A stretch of DNA of 64,000 bases from the human T2T-CHM13v2.0 reference genome, Homo sapiens (GCF_009914755.1 NC_060925.1); one strand, 5' to 3'. Positions 1-28,368 are shown, counted from the stretch's first letter. Notes: a model not told the origin generated them from the sequence alone. Translations and numbers: made by a program.

Positions 1-443
1 ATAGCTTATTAAATTGTAATTATTTATAGTCATGTTTAACACTGGCAAGAGGAGCCATCTAAAGTTTATGAAATAAATCTTTTTGACATGGAAAGATATG
101 AAGTGGAAAAACTTTTTTGTAAAAAACATATATAGATACAGTACACAAAAATATATCTGAAAACTGTTGCTCAAAATATCAATAGAGGTTATCTTTGAGG
201 GTAAAGCTTGAGTAATTTTTAGTTTCATTTTATATTTCTGTTTTATTTCAAGTTTTCACATTGCATGTGTTTTAGTTTATTAATCAGAAAAAGTAGTGAA
301 GCTGCTGCCATTTCAGAGGGAATGCATGTGTGCCATTTTAGAGGGAACGAATTTATAGCAGCAGTTAAAACTGTTTCTTTATGCTACAAATGACAGTCAG
401 TTTAAGATGAAATGCATTTAAATGACTCTGATCTTATTTCTAG

Positions 444-500
444 GCACTAGGTGAGCTCTGTGAAACCAAGTTTGGGAAGACACACCCTGTGTGCAATTTG
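444..500 (+). CDS. UBE4B: UBE4B coding exon ([19 protein letters not shown]), 57 nt, phase 0/0
   Basis: tttctAG acceptor at 442-443 and GTAAGC donor at 501; open frame joins VASLRLW of the next exon; missing from the ORF track because it is short. Confidence 0.93.
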
Positions 501-700
501 GTAAGCACTCACCTGATGGGCTTGCACATTTTCAGTGAATATATCATAACCCAGAAGGCATTCCTCTAGTGAGATGGCCTGGAAAATGTCTCTTGAAGGA
601 CATTTAGGTGTAGGCGGAGGTAACGTGTCTGGGAGGCTCTCAACTGTTACATTTTTGTTAGACACGTTATATCCTGCATTACAGTTGTTCATTTCTATGA

Positions 701-1432
<732 letters not shown>

Positions 1433-1551
1433 GAAACATAAAAGTTTTAATAATATCTTGTGAAAATACAGAGGAGCTGGAGAGTTTTCATTACATTTTT
1501 ACCCCACCGGCCTGTTCAGCGGCTTGACTGGCTCTTCCATCTTCTGCCTAG

Positions 1552-1668
1552 GTTGCTTCTTTGCGGTTGTGGTTGCCGAAATCCTTAAGTCCTGGCTGTG
1601 GGCGGGAGCTGCAGAGACTCTCTTACTTAGGGGCTTTCTTTAGCTTCTCAGTCTTTGCAGAAGATGAT
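1552..1668 (+). CDS. UBE4B: UBE4B coding exon ([10 protein letters not shown]...VFAEDD), 117 nt
   Basis: ctAG acceptor, GTAAGT donor at 1669; overlaps ORF 1561..1854; Ufd2-core-like sequence. Confidence 0.96.
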
Positions 1669-1766
1669 GTAAGTATAGTGGCTACTTGTACTTTGCTGCC
1701 CTTTTATTCAGATTCTTTCCCAAATGTGCATTATATGTTGACTGCATTTTTTCCTTCTCTTTCCAG

Positions 1767-1865
1767 GTTAAAGTGGTTGAAAAATACTTCTCAGGGCCTG
1801 CCATTACCCTGGAAAACACTCGTGTGGTTAGCCAATCATTGCAGCATTACTTAGAGCTCGGAAGG
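1767..1865 (+). CDS. UBE4B: UBE4B coding exon ([10 protein letters not shown]...YLELGR), 99 nt
   Basis: polypyrimidine tract + cAG, GTAAGT donor at 1866; follows a 98-nt intron. Confidence 0.96.
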
Positions 1866-2246
1866 GTAAGTGTTCAGTAAACAAATCCAGAGGAAGTATC
1901 AAAGATGAGCTCCAGATACAGAGCTTTTATTTTGTAGACTGGACTATGCCCAGTAGACAAACGGCTAACAAAAGCCAATTCGATCTTACATAAAAAAGAT
2001 AAACTATAAGTAAGTAGCCTGTGTCTTGAATAACAGGTTGTAACAACAGCAGTATGCTGCCTTTGTATGTAGCATCACTGGGAACTGGTCCTAAGCTTAG
2101 TGGCCCGGCTCCTCCTCCAGCTGGCCCTTAGGCATTTACACTGTGAGGGTGAGCAAGGATTGTTAGTTTGCACACACCCTCACTGACTTGCTTATCCCAA
2201 ATGCAGATTAATATGTCTTCAATTCTCAAACTTAAAGGCAGAGAAG

Positions 2247-3273
<1,027 letters not shown>

Positions 3274-3345
3274 TTATATTCTTTCACTCAGGCTCTTCTA
3301 AAATGAGTAGAAGTGGGAGAGGAGAGAACGTGGGAAGTAGGCTAG

Positions 3346-4510
<1,165 letters not shown>

Positions 4511-4577
4511 TCTTATCATTGTTGTATTATTATTTTTTTCTTAACAGAGGTAATCAAGTTACATTGTTATATTGCTA

Positions 4578-8005
<3,428 letters not shown>

Positions 8006-8097
8006 AGTATCTTTAAACTTCATAAAAATTCAAATGTAATTTTCTCTTCTGAATTCAGCTTTTTCTCTGATTGAGACATGTAATAGATTTTATTTAG

Positions 8098-8268
<171 letters not shown>

Positions 8269-8925
8269 TGATACCGTGTCCTGGGATTGCCTGAGTTACC
8301 ACTTTTTCTCAGGGGCAGGCAATTCCATTGTGAACAGTAGTTTTGAATGTTGGGGGAGGTATGTACGTTATATAGTGTTCTGTCTGCCTCCACCGCCACA
8401 TCCATGTTGCTCAGTTGTCCAGAGTTCTTTACCTGGTGAAGTGATCCAAACCTTGATTTCTGAGAGTTCTGAACCCTGGATATTTCACTCTGTTTATGGT
8501 TACTACAGACTTCCATTAACTTTTCCCACTGGGCATACATTACCAGGAGGCACTTCAAACTTTAAAAGTTTAAAGGATCCCCTGGGTTTCAGACATACCC
8601 CTTCTTCCCTGGACTGTGAAAAAGTAACCATGGTTTCCCTTGATAACCAGGATCATTTACTCCTGCCTACATGTAATTCTCTTTTTGGCTTGTTCTGTGG
8701 CATGAGGGGTCCAAAATGGCCAGATAGCAGCCTCAAATTTCCAATTCATTAGCACCATGGTTGTGTTTCTTACTCTAAGCATTTTTTCCTGTGTACTAAC
8801 ACCAACAAACAGAAGTCACAGGAACACAGAAGCAAATATTTTTGAGCAGGTTATCTGGAATAATAATGATGCCACTTCTGCTTTTTGGTCTAGAACCTGC
8901 GTAGTCTGTCTATGAGAGAAACTGA

Positions 8926-9585
<660 letters not shown>

Positions 9586-9599
9586 AAAATCACTTACTA

Positions 9600-11620
<2,021 letters not shown>

Positions 11621-12193
11621 TTTATCCTCCGATGGATTACCTCCTGGGATACAGTCACTCCCGCTGGCTTTAGAGGGTCCATTTCAATGGAACCATCTAG
11701 AACCTTTGCTCCTGGCTTGCAGCAGATAGCCTTTATTGTGCTTTCCAGAGACATTTATGTTCACCTCATCTGTGTATTTTTCAATGCTGTGATTTAAGAA
11801 GTATCTTCTAGGACATAGTTGGGGTGTGTATATGCGTATTGGAAAGAGGATTATCTGAGCAAATCACATAAAGTAAATCCACCTTAATTTTCCAAGCTCT
11901 TTAAGTTTTGAATCATTTCCTCTGAATTAGATCAAAGAATATTTGGCAACTCAGCTTCATTCAGTATAGGTCACTGTCAATTCAAAGTTTGGGTCAACTA
12001 GTTGGTTGCATAATATGAACCTCTCCCAACTCAGAATAATACTGAATTCAGGGTCTCTGGTAGGTATAATCATGTCAGTGATTTTAGCCCTACATAGAAG
12101 TATATCAGCATTTTCTTCTCTTGCTGATCAAGCATCCTCAGAATCCATTCCCATACATAATCCTACATAACCGTCATGTTTCTGCAGTACATA

Positions 12194-12631
12194 TGTGGTT
12201 GGTAGAGTAATGGCATCTCAAAGGTGCCCACATCCTGGTCTCGGAACCTGTGAATATGTTATCTAACTTGATTAAAGGGACTTTGCAGCTGTGATATCAG
12301 GTTCATGATCTTGAGGTGGGGAGATTATCCTGGATTATGTGGGTAGGTCCAGTGTCATTGCAAAGGTCTTCATAAGAGGGAATCAGGAGGGTCACAGGGA
12401 GAGACGGAATGTGATGGGGAAGCAGAGGTTGGAGTGGTTTGGGGTCATGAGCCAATCCGGTAACCTCTGGAAGCTGGAAAAGGCGAGGAAACTTGTTCTC
12501 CCCTAGAGCCTCCAGAAGGAACCATCCCTGCTGACCCCTTTTAGACTTCCAGAACTCTAAGACTATAATTGTGTGGTTTGGAGCCACTGAGGTTGTGGTA
12601 ACTTGTTACAGCAGCAATAGAAAACTAGCAT
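12194..12631 (+). mobile_element. MaLR LTR (MLT1C/D-like)
   Basis: tgtgg...gaacctgtgaatatgtta...ttgttacagcagcaatagaaaact MLT1 signature. Confidence 0.8.
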
Positions 12632-13345
12632 AACACATTAGCAAATCTTGCCATTTTTTTTCTTCAAATATGTGCTTCTGTTGCATCCAATTTTGTAATA
12701 ATGCCATAAGGACAGTCCTTGATCTGACTCTAGCTGTGGTTCTGGAAGCGAAGAGGGATGATGGGTTAGAACCTAGGGGAAAATAGCATTACCCTGCAAG
12801 GTGACTATCTCTGATGAGGTCATTATAGAAACTGCTTCTGCTAGCAAGCAAGGCTCAGGGAATTTAGAGATTTAGGTACTTGGAGTCAGCTAGTTCTCCC
12901 AAACTCCTCCATTTGAACTCTTTGGGTCCCAGTCTTTGCCTTAACTTTCAGATAAGAGGTCCAGCAAAGTTATTAATTTCTTCTGTACTGTAATTTGTAG
13001 AACTGGAGCTGCTCCTTTCCTTTAACAACAGTCTTAGAAACTCCTGATTAATTCACATTTCCTGGAGATAAGAATTTAAAATCTGAAGCCTGTCATTTTT
13101 TTTTTTCTATAAGCTCCACCACATAATTAGAGGTAGCCACTCCACATCCTCATTCCAGATCACCAGGGATCATGTATATAGCTGTTTTTCTACTCAGAGC
13201 CTTGGGCTACCAGTGTTCCATCCTCAAATACTAATTGTATCTTCACCATGCAGCCCAATCAAAGAACTGATCCCAGAGCCCCATTTTTTTCATGAAGGCC
13301 TGTTACCTATAAACTCTTGTGATACCCGTAGCCATATAGGTCATT

Positions 13346-14734
<1,389 letters not shown>

Positions 14735-15523
14735 ACTCATGTTTCAGTTGTAGACGAAAGAATCCAATTCTTCTGGGATAAGCAGAAAGGGGAACTAGTT
14801 GGTTTACTGAATCATTGGAATGGCTATAATAGAAGATTCCCAGAGCTATACTTTGAACAAGGAAGCTGCTTCGGAGGTCAGCCTGACAGCACAGCCTCTG
14901 CCACAGCTTCAGCCAAAACCCCTCTACCACTGTACTTCCAGAAGGATCATGCAATCACGCAGTCACTTCACAGTACTCACCCTGCCTTCAGTGAGGGTTC
15001 ATCTTGGTGAAAACTAGGTCTTACAGAAATGCTGGCAGGAGGGGAGTCTAGGAAATGTAGCTTTTGGAGATTTAGCAGCCTCTAGTATTACACACAACAT
15101 CATGATAGAAAGGGGTTGAAATAGTGTTAAGAGAGTCGGTCTTCAAAATATGCAGCCTATTAGGTGATGGGGAAGCCTTTTACTGCAGAGACAGATGGTG
15201 TTTGAGCAGACACCTGAGGGGAGTGAAGGAGCAAAGCCAGAGATAACCTCAGAGAAGAGCATTGCGAGCAGAGGGAACAGTTGTAAAGGACGATGCCGTT
15301 AGTAAAATAGCCTTTTGTTTTGGGTAATTGAATAGGCAAAGTAACCTCGAATTTTCATGAGAGACTTCTTTTTTTCCCTCCCAGAAAAATAAGGGAACAA
15401 TGTACTTTCTTGCAACAAAAAAGATGATTATATTCACCAAATCTGTAGTGCTATCCATTCAAAGACACATCATTGTTTTAGGAACCAATAAAAAAGAAAA
15501 ATATGGCCCGACGCAGTGGCTCA

Positions 15524-15832
<309 letters not shown>

Positions 15833-15970
15833 CTATGATTTGCCGCTGGTTGTAAGATATACTCTGATTTTAAAGATGTTACAATGCGAAAACAAACAAC
15901 TGCGTGTGAGAGTCAGTGAAATGAGCAAGATGAATGGGTAAGATGGATCCGGCTGTTTTCTTTCATTTGA

Positions 15971-16129
<159 letters not shown>

Positions 16130-17174
16130 TAGTGATAATTTTCCCAACAGAATATATGCCTTGAGTGAGCAGTTTAGTGTCCTCACTTTTTCTTTGTTAT
16201 TCTTTTCCCTTCCAATAAAATAGTATATTTTAAAACTTGTTGATACCTTACTTATATGTGTATATAATGATTTCAGTCTCAGGACAGAATATGGATAGAT
16301 ATGCTTCTGCTGTGATTATGAATTCTTAATGGGTTTTATGATTCTCAGTTTAACATCACCTCCCTTGGCCGGGCGCAGTGGCTCACACCTGTAATCCCAG
16401 CACTTTGGGAGGCCTAGGCGGGCGGATCACGAGGTCAGGAGATGGAGACCATCCTGGCTAACACGGTGAAACCCCGTCTCTACTAAAAATACAAAAAAAA
16501 ATTAGCCGGGCGTGATGGCGGGCGCCTGTAGTCCCAGCTACTCAGGAGGCTAAGGCAGGAGAATGGCATGAACCCAGGAGGCAGAGCTTGCAGTGAGCCA
16601 AGATGGCGCCACTGCACTCCAGCCTGGGCGACAGAGCGAGACTCCGTCTCAAAAAAAAAAAGACAACAACAACAAAAATCACCTCTCCTTCCCTGCCTTA
16701 TGCAGGGCCCTCCTCACCTGCTGTCTCCCACCCCTCGCCCCAACACTCATCCAGTATATCTAGCCATGCATTTCCATGATATTTGACAAAGAGTATCTGT
16801 GGTAGTGGAAAGATCTCTTTCCTTTGCCCCTCATTCTTTCTTTTTAATTGAAATTGATTCATCACACAAAACCTAACTATAGATGGGAATATTCTTGCTG
16901 GTGAGACATAGCTAAAAACATATGCCAGCTGACATTGTACAAATAAAGCATAGATAGCAAATTTATGCATTTTTCTTCTATTCATGTTCCAGTTATAAAC
17001 CTGAGTGTTAGCTGGTCATGCATTCTGTTGAACAGTAGGATAATATGTGGAAAGTTTACCTGACATAGCTTTCTAGTACCAGTTAAGATTTCAGTTTTAT
17101 TTACTAATAGACTAGACTTCTTCAAGATGCACAATTAACAAGGGGCCCTTATCTGGGGTCTGTGCACCCCCCTA

Positions 17175-17546
<372 letters not shown>

Positions 17547-17971
17547 TCAGTGTGTGCATGCATGTGTGTGTAATTCTGTCAACAGGCCTCTAGGTAGGAA
17601 TTCCATCCTTAGTGGCCAGCATTTTGCCCGAGGGCAGCTCGTAAGAGGCGACACTGGAATTCAGACACTGATTGTTTGGCTTTTTCCCACTAACCACCCT
17701 GACACCCAAAGGGCCTCCCTGTCGCCACCCTCTCCTCATCAGGTTATTTACTTGTGACTGTTGGAACTCAACATTTTGAGCTTTAACTGTGTGCTAGACC
17801 TGGTGGTACTCGGTGGTTTGCTTGCCACGCCTTTGTTTTTCTCAGGAAAAAGGTCTTGAGACACAACCAGCATCTTATAGCTAGTTAGGAGATGAAGCTC
17901 TAGAAGCTCTGGAACCCAAATTTCCCATCTCCTGGCCCCAGTCCCTGCCCAGTCCCCCTGTAGGGACTTAG

Positions 17972-18142
<171 letters not shown>

Positions 18143-19090
18143 TGAGTGTGCTTCTTCCTGTTTCCCTTGTCCCTCCTTGGCTGGGCTCTGTTGTCTTTAT
18201 TGTCCTTCAAAGTTGATAACTAAAACCAAAACCCTTTCTTTATCAAGAATTCACTTCTCTGCAAGGCGCAGTGGTTCACGCCTGTAATCCCAGCACTTTG
18301 GGGGAGGCTGAGGCAGATGGATAACTTGAGGTCAGGAGTTCAAGACCAGCCTGGCCAACATGGCGAAACCGTGTCTCTACTAAAAATACAAAAATTAGCC
18401 GGGCTTGGTGGCAGATGCCTGCAGTCATAGCTACTCAGGAGGCTGAGGCATGAGAATCGTTTGAACCCGGGAGGCGGAGGTTGCATTGAGCCGAGATCAT
18501 GCTACTGCACTCCAGCCTGGGCGACAGAGCGAGACTCTGTCCCCACCCAAAAAAAAAGATAATTCACTTCTCAGTTTCCAGATTGCATTTATATAGATTA
18601 TGTAGTTATATTGATAGGTGTTTTCCCTGTAATTAGTTACAATAATAGGCAAATGTCAACACCTGTTATTTTAATTTTGACAAGTTTTCTTTAAAATTTG
18701 CTATAAAGTCTTTGATTGATAGAAAGAGAAATCTATAAATTGGAAGCCAAAAGCTGGAGATAATATTAGGCCCTCCTAAGCACTGGGTCCAGGAATACCC
18801 ACCTAATTCAGAGAGTGAGCTAAGAACATTGTTGATCACTTTGTCATCAACTGGTCATCTCCTCCAGGCAAACCATTTTTGTTTTATTTATTATTATTAT
18901 TATTTTACTGTTATGAAGTCTCTGGTTCACTGATGTTGGTGAGATTGGCCCAAGACCCGTGAAGGCGTGGAAAATATTATTTAAAATATGTGTGTAGGCC
19001 GGGTGCGGTGGCTCACGCCTATAATCCCAGCACTTTGGGAGGCCAGGGCGGGTGGATCACATGGTCAGGAGATCGAGACCATCTTTGCTA

Positions 19091-19348
<258 letters not shown>

Positions 19349-19396
19349 TTATTTCCTTCCCATTTTACTTATTGCATTAACCTTAGCAAGAAGTCA

Positions 19397-20028
<632 letters not shown>

Positions 20029-20234
20029 TCACACATACCCTTGCATATGCACTGTCTTCATTATTCCCTGTTCATTTCTGGTTGTAGTTTCTTTGCCTAC
20101 ATATTTATTACATAGTATTACAGAATGATTTTCTTCCCCAAATGAAATACTTATCCGATGGTAATGTAATACTCCTTGTAGTTTGATGTACCATAATTTC
20201 ATTTAATAAATTGTCCTTTTTTTCTCTTTGACAG

Positions 20235-20333
20235 TATAACACTGCCTTTAAATTCAGATGTCCCCAAGGTATTTGCAGCGTTGCCTGAGTTTTATGTAGA
20301 AGATGTTGCAGAATTTTTATTTTTTATTGTACA
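20235..20333 (+). CDS. UBE4B: UBE4B coding exon ([32 protein letters not shown](Q)), 99 nt
   Basis: gacAG acceptor, GTAAGT donor; LPEFxVED Ufd2 motif. Confidence 0.96.
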
Positions 20334-21709
20334 GTAAGTGCCTTTAATATTTTACATAGTTCTAATATGTTTTTATGCATAATAGTATAATATTCTGAGC
20401 TATGTTGCAAACCTCCATTTCATGCCTGAAATTTGATGTAACTGTTTTAACTGAATGCTGCCTAGAGACTGGAAAAAATAAATCCAACTGTGGCATCAGT
20501 CCAATTCCAATAATATCTCAAAGACAGAGGCAGGATTAACAGTGCAGATAATGTATTCCTTGAAAATTGAGTTGAATTTCTAATAGTTAAATATGTGTTT
20601 CTGAGCAACAGAAGGAGGAAACAGTTTATAAATGTCTGAATGAACATCCCAAAACCAGAAATATCCACATCTATATTTTGTACTAAAATTTGTCTCAATT
20701 GTAAAATTGGAGAATGCTTACCAAGAAATGGTTTGAATTTCTAACTGGTATTGTAGGGTTTTAATTTTTTTTTCAAATCCTTATTTGGTTTATCAAATTA
20801 ACATTTTATTTCTAAAACATTACAGGTTAGAAGAATTACAATTTCAATCCCTTGGCACCATGATAGCACCTATGACTAGCTGAGGGAGTGGTATGTGAAG
20901 TCTATTGTGAAAAGTAAAAGTCATGCTGGGCACTGTGGCTCATGCTTGTAGTCCCAGACATGCAGGAGGATTGCTTGAGCCTAGTTCAAGACCAGTCTGG
21001 GCAATGCAGCAAGTCTGCATCTCTTTAAAAAATAAATAAATAAATAGTATAGGTCCCCAGTCACAGAATACAAATTGTGAAAGTTTTGTAACAAACAACA
21101 GGAAAAAAACAAAATTAGTATAAATGATTTTAAAATAAGGGCCAAAAGTAAATGGAGCAAGTTAATATTGCTGTCATAAAAGCTGCCTTTAAAAAAAAGC
21201 CCAAATCAAGGCAGAGGTTGCAATGAGCAGAGATCATGCCACTACACTCCAACCTGGGCAACATACACAAAAAAACCCAAATCATTGGTGACACGTGATT
21301 TTGATTGGTATGAAATTTTAAAAGTGACTCAAAAACGTGGTTTATTTGTTGAAAAACCAACCTTGGAATTTAAGCAACTCAAGTCACATTTTAAAATTTG
21401 TTCTATGCACAGTGATACAAAAGACACCTATTTGAAAAATTTCATTTATTCTCATTTTCAGCAGAGATTAAAAAAAAACTATCAAAATTTTTATGTTTTG
21501 GTAGTGATGATCTTTTGTGAAGTTTATCTGATTTGATCATAGGTTTTGTTTATAGTTAATATAACATGCTACAGCCAGTAACCATGTTTGGTTTTAAATC
21601 TGTCTTGTTACAGTGTGAATAGTCACTGTAGGCTGGGTGCAATGGCTCATGCCTGTAATCCCAGCACTTTGGGAGGCCAAGGTGGGCAAATCACGAGGTC
21701 AAAAGATCA

Positions 21710-21946
<237 letters not shown>

Positions 21947-21993
21947 TCATGCCTGTAATCCCAGCACTTTGGGAGGCCGAGGTGGGCGGATCA

Positions 21994-22248
<255 letters not shown>

Positions 22249-22376
22249 TCAAGGGCACTCCCAAACCTACTTATCCTGCCTTCCCCTCCTCACTTACTGA
22301 CACCAGCCTTCACCCAAGATGAGTTTCTCAGCAGTTTCTCAGCGGTCTCTTTCTTGCTCTTCTTGCCTCTGTTCAG

Positions 22377-22612
22377 ATACTCTCCCCAGGCGCTTTATGA
22401 GCCCTGTACTCAGGATATTGTGATGTTCCTTGTTGTGATGTTGTGCAACCAGAACTACATCCGAAACCCATATTTGGTGGCCAAACTGGTAGAAGTCATG
22501 TTTATGACCAACCCTGCTGTTCAGCCACGAACCCAGAAGTTTTTTGAAATGATTGAGAACCATCCTCTCTCCACCAAGTTGTTGGTACCTTCCCTGATGA
22601 AGTTTTATACAG
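22377..22612 (+). CDS. UBE4B: UBE4B coding exon (YSPQALYEP...[12 protein letters not shown]...MKFYT), 236 nt
   Basis: ttcAG acceptor, GTAGGT donor; NPYLxAKL Ufd2 motif; ORF 22243..22656. Confidence 0.97.
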
Positions 22613-23106
22613 GTAGGTTGCTGGAACACAGTGTAGCACATGGCAGGCCAACTTAGGTAAGGTCATCTAAAGCTAGTGGACGACGTTGCTCTAAGCCTGT
22701 TACCTAATATCCTGCTACCTGTGTGTATAGCCTACTAACCTGTGGCCTGCAGAGGATGTACTTTTGGTTCTTCTTGCCCTGAGTAGTTAGGAATAGGACA
22801 ACCATTCCACCTACTGGTCTCTGATGATTCAGCAGGAACTACTGAAAGTCAGATGATTGGCACCGAGACCCAGGGTATCAAGAGCACAAGTTGGTAGTGT
22901 TATCTGAATGGAATTATCTGGTTCATTTTACCTTTGAACTTACAGCATTTGTTTTTTAACACTATCCTATAACCCACTTTCCAAAGTGTGGGTGAAACAG
23001 GGAGCTTGTTAAAAATGCATATTCTTGGTCCGGGTGCGGTGGCTCATGCCTGTAATCCCAGCACTTTGGGAGGCCGAGGCGGGCGGATCACAAGGTCAGG
23101 AGTTCA

Positions 23107-23307
<201 letters not shown>

Positions 23308-23310
23308 TCA

Positions 23311-23345
<35 letters not shown>

Positions 23346-24534
23346 CACTTTTCACCTGTCAAATTTATTTCTTAAGTTGAAAATACCTGGTACAAACATG
23401 GTTGTGGAGAAGTAAGCTAACCTGCAAAAAAACCTGCTTAATCTACCCTATAGCCAGTGTGCAGATTTAGTGCTATGAAACTCTCATGAGAATGCAAATT
23501 TAAAGCCTTTCTGAAAGGCAGTTTAGCAGCCCACACCAAGAGCCTTAAAAATGCTTTTATCGGGGCCAGGTGCGGTGGCTCATACCTGTAATCCCAGCAC
23601 TTTGGGAGGCCGAGGCGGGTGGATCACCTGAGATCAGGAATTTGTGACCAGCCTGGCCAACATGGAGAAACCCCGTCTCTACTAAAAATACAAAAATTAG
23701 CTGGGTGTGGCGGGCGGCGCCTGTCATCCCAGCTACTCAGGAGGCCGAGGCACGAGAATCGAGTGAACCTAGGAGGCAGAGGTTGCATTGAACTGAGATC
23801 ACACCAGTGTGCTCCAGCCTAGGAGAAAGGGCAAGACTCCGTCTCAAAAAAGAAAAAAAAAAAGCACTGGGATAACAAATAGTAGGTGCAGGAAGTAGCC
23901 ATCTTCTATCCCTCAGTCTGGGGACCCAAGGGAAGAGCCTGGGGATCTCAGAACCCAGCTGCCCTGATGAGGGCTTGGACGGAGCTAGGACCCAGTCCTC
24001 TGTGGAAGGCCCTTGGCCAGTAGGTGCTGGTGTCTCTCTCGGGGGTTGTGCACGGTTGCTAGCTCTGGGGGTACGAGACAAAGCTGAAAATTGGAACCAA
24101 CTGCTACTGCTGACAGTAAGTGCAAGGTCCTAAGTCCCTTGTTTCTCCTTCAGTTTTCCAGTTCTCCTGCAGCACCCCCTATTGGCAACCCTAGAGAGGG
24201 CGGGCTGCCAAAGGAAAGATTCTGCAGTGCCAGCCCCAGAATCACAAAGCCAACTACAAAGAGTGCATGTGGGCTGGGCACGGTGACTCCAGCTAATAAT
24301 CCTAGCACTTTAGGAGGCCAAGGTGGGAGGATTGTTTGAGCCTAAGAGTTGGAGACCAGCCTGGGCAACATGGCGAGACCCCATCTCTACGAAAAATTTA
24401 AAAATTAGATGCCTGTTGTCCCAGCTACTAAGGAGGCAGAGGTGGGAGGAAGGCTTGAGCCCAGGAGTTCAAGGCTGCAGTGAGCTATGATCTTGCTGCT
24501 GCGTTCCAGCCTGTGAAACAAAGCAAGACCCTGT

Positions 24535-24569
<35 letters not shown>

Positions 24570-24969
24570 TAAAAAGACTGGGTTTCGGCCAGGCACAGTA
24601 GCTTACACTTGTAATCCCAGCACTTTGGGAGGCCAAGGCAGTGGATCACCTGAGGTCAGGAGTTCGAGACTAGCCTGACCAAAATGGTGAATCCTAGTCT
24701 CTACTAAAAGTAAAAGGCCGGGCGTGGTGGCTCACGCCTGTAATCCCAGCATTTTGGAAGACTGAGGTGGGTGGATCACAAGGTCAAGAGATCGAGATGA
24801 GCCTCGCCAACATGGTGAAACCCCGTCTCTACTAAAAATACAAAAATTAGGCCTGGCACAGTGGCTCACGCTGTAATCCCAGCACTTTGGGAGGCTGAGG
24901 TGGGCGAATCACCTGAGGTCGGGAGTTCAAAACCAGCCTGACCAACATGGTGAAACCCTGTCTCTACTA

Positions 24970-25430
<461 letters not shown>

Positions 25431-25666
25431 TTAAAAAAAAAGAGTGGATTTGGAGCTACGAGACAACAGCTGAATAGCTATACTCTGACATAAGAATTTA
25501 ATTTCTTGAAATTTATTCAATGGAAATAATTACGAATGTTTGTAAGTGATGTTCTCCACAGCATTATTTATAAAGCAGTGCAGTGAAAATAATAAAAACA
25601 ACTGGCCGGGCTCAGTGACTCACGCCTGTAATCCCAGCACTTTGGGAGGCTGAGGCAGGAGGATCA

Positions 25667-25867
<201 letters not shown>

Positions 25868-26111
25868 CTACAAGAGCAAATCTCCATCTCAAAAAAAAAA
25901 AAAAGGAATGTAGGGAAGGACATATACCAAAATAGTAACAGCGCATTGGTTATTTTTGAATGGTAGCATTATAAATAGTTTTTATTTTTATTTTATTATC
26001 TGAACTTCTTAATTTTTCTACAGTAAACATGTATTGTTAGTAGTAAAGACAAAACAATTTTAGTTAAATTTATTTTGTAGTCAGTGTTCTGGGCCTGTCA
26101 CTGTGGCTTCA

Positions 26112-26157
26112 GGAGAGAGAGAGAGAGAGAGAGTGTGTGTGTGTGTGTGTGTGTGTG
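26112..26157. repeat. compound (GA)n(GT)n microsatellite
   Basis: gagagagaga...gtgtgtgtgt seen directly. Confidence 0.95.
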
Positions 26158-26851
26158 TTTGTGTATTTGTGTTTACACAACAGAACTGGGCCTGTTGCCT
26201 ATAAGACGAGTGCTGGGCCTAGTGGAGTCCTGCTGGGAATGTTCCAGAAGGAATTGGGTGGGGGTTGTTCTCTCTTTCCTCTTTGCCATGTGTGCCCTCT
26301 GGCCTGGACCACCTCTTCAGTCATAGATGGATGACATCTGTACTAATAATAGCCACCACTTATTGAATGCTTACTAATCCTTTCACTTAATCCCCACGGC
26401 AGTCCTAAAGATAGTACTATAAATACATCCACTTTACAAATGAGGAAACTGAAGCTTAAAAGGGTCAAGAAGCTTGCTGAAGGTCAGTGGCTAGCAAGTG
26501 GCAGCAACCTCGCAGATGCCCTTTAGCACAGGTCCCCCTGGCTACTGTGCTGGTCTTCCTACAGCTACTAAGGGACCGGTGTGAGGGTACCCCTGAGGGA
26601 GGCATCACAGACATAGTCCCCAGTGCTCATCACCTCCATGTGAAGACCTGGCTGATTAGGTCCTGGTCCCTGAGCAGATGGGACCCTCAGATATAAATTA
26701 AAAGTTGCCACACACAAGATCAGTATGTGGAACAAGCTCCTCTTAACACCACAGAGATAGTATTCTAGCTTAGAAAATGCTCAAGTTAGGCTGGGCGTGG
26801 TGGCTCACGCCTGTAATCCTAGCACTTTGGGAGTCCGAGACAGGTGAATCA

Positions 26852-27134
<283 letters not shown>

Positions 27135-28188
27135 TCAACACAAGTCTAGTCCACCTACGGCCTTCTAGAACAAGGACCTGGGAATTAGAACTTGGGCTGG
27201 TATGACTTTGAGGGAACAGTAGAAGTGAATAAGAAGAAAAAAAAACTGTTGGGAGAAATGTATATTGTTTTGTTTCATTTTCTTTTCTTTTTTTTTTTTT
27301 TTTTGAGCTAGGGTCTTGCTCTGTCACCCACGCTAGAGTGTAGTGGTACAATTACAGCACCATGCACTCTTGACCTCCCGGGCTCAAGTGATCCTCCTAC
27401 CTCAGCCTCCCCTGTAGCTGGGACTGCAGGCATGTGCCACCACACCCAGCTAATTTTTGTGGTTTTTGTAGAGACGGGGTTTCACGATGTTCACCAGGCT
27501 GGTCTCAAACTCCTGAGCTCAAGTGATCTGCCCACCCGGGCCTCCTGAAGTGCTGGAAATACAGATGCGGGGCCCTGCTGAGATACATATTGCTACATAA
27601 TAAATTAACATTTACTTAGTCTCTACTATATTCAGAATTGGGTGCAGATATTGGGGCATTTTAGATGATATGAGGCGTTGGGTTGGTCCTCCTGTATCTT
27701 CCTCTTGTAGGCTATCCTTATGTCAACACTCCACACTTTAGCTCATGCTTTTATACAATTAATAAATGACATTTAGTTTATTTTAAGGAAAGGTTACTTA
27801 ATGAATATACATAAGTACTTTCGGATCTTAGTATGATAGGTGTTAATTATCTTATTTTATTTTTAAATAGCTGTTTCCTTTTTTGGTCACACACAAAAAA
27901 ATGTGTTCTTTGGAAAATACAGAAAATATCAAAGACAAGGTATAGTGGCTCACACCTGTAATCTCAGTACTTTGGAAGGACGATGTAGGAGGATCGCTTG
28001 AGGCAGGAATTTGAAACCAGCCTAGGCAACATAGTGAGACCCCATCTGTAAAAAAATTAAAAGTGAAAAAAAAAATTTTTGAGACAGAGTCTTGCTTTGT
28101 CGCCCAGGCTGGAGTGCAGTGGCATGATCTTGGCTCACTGCAACCTCTGTATCTGGATTCAAGCAATTCTCCTGCTTCAGCCTCCTGA

Positions 28189-28368
<180 letters not shown>

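Noticed and set aside
12811-12832. CTGATGAggtcattataGAAA hammerhead-like spacing
   Set aside because: The intervening bases cannot form stem II (no G-C closing pair)
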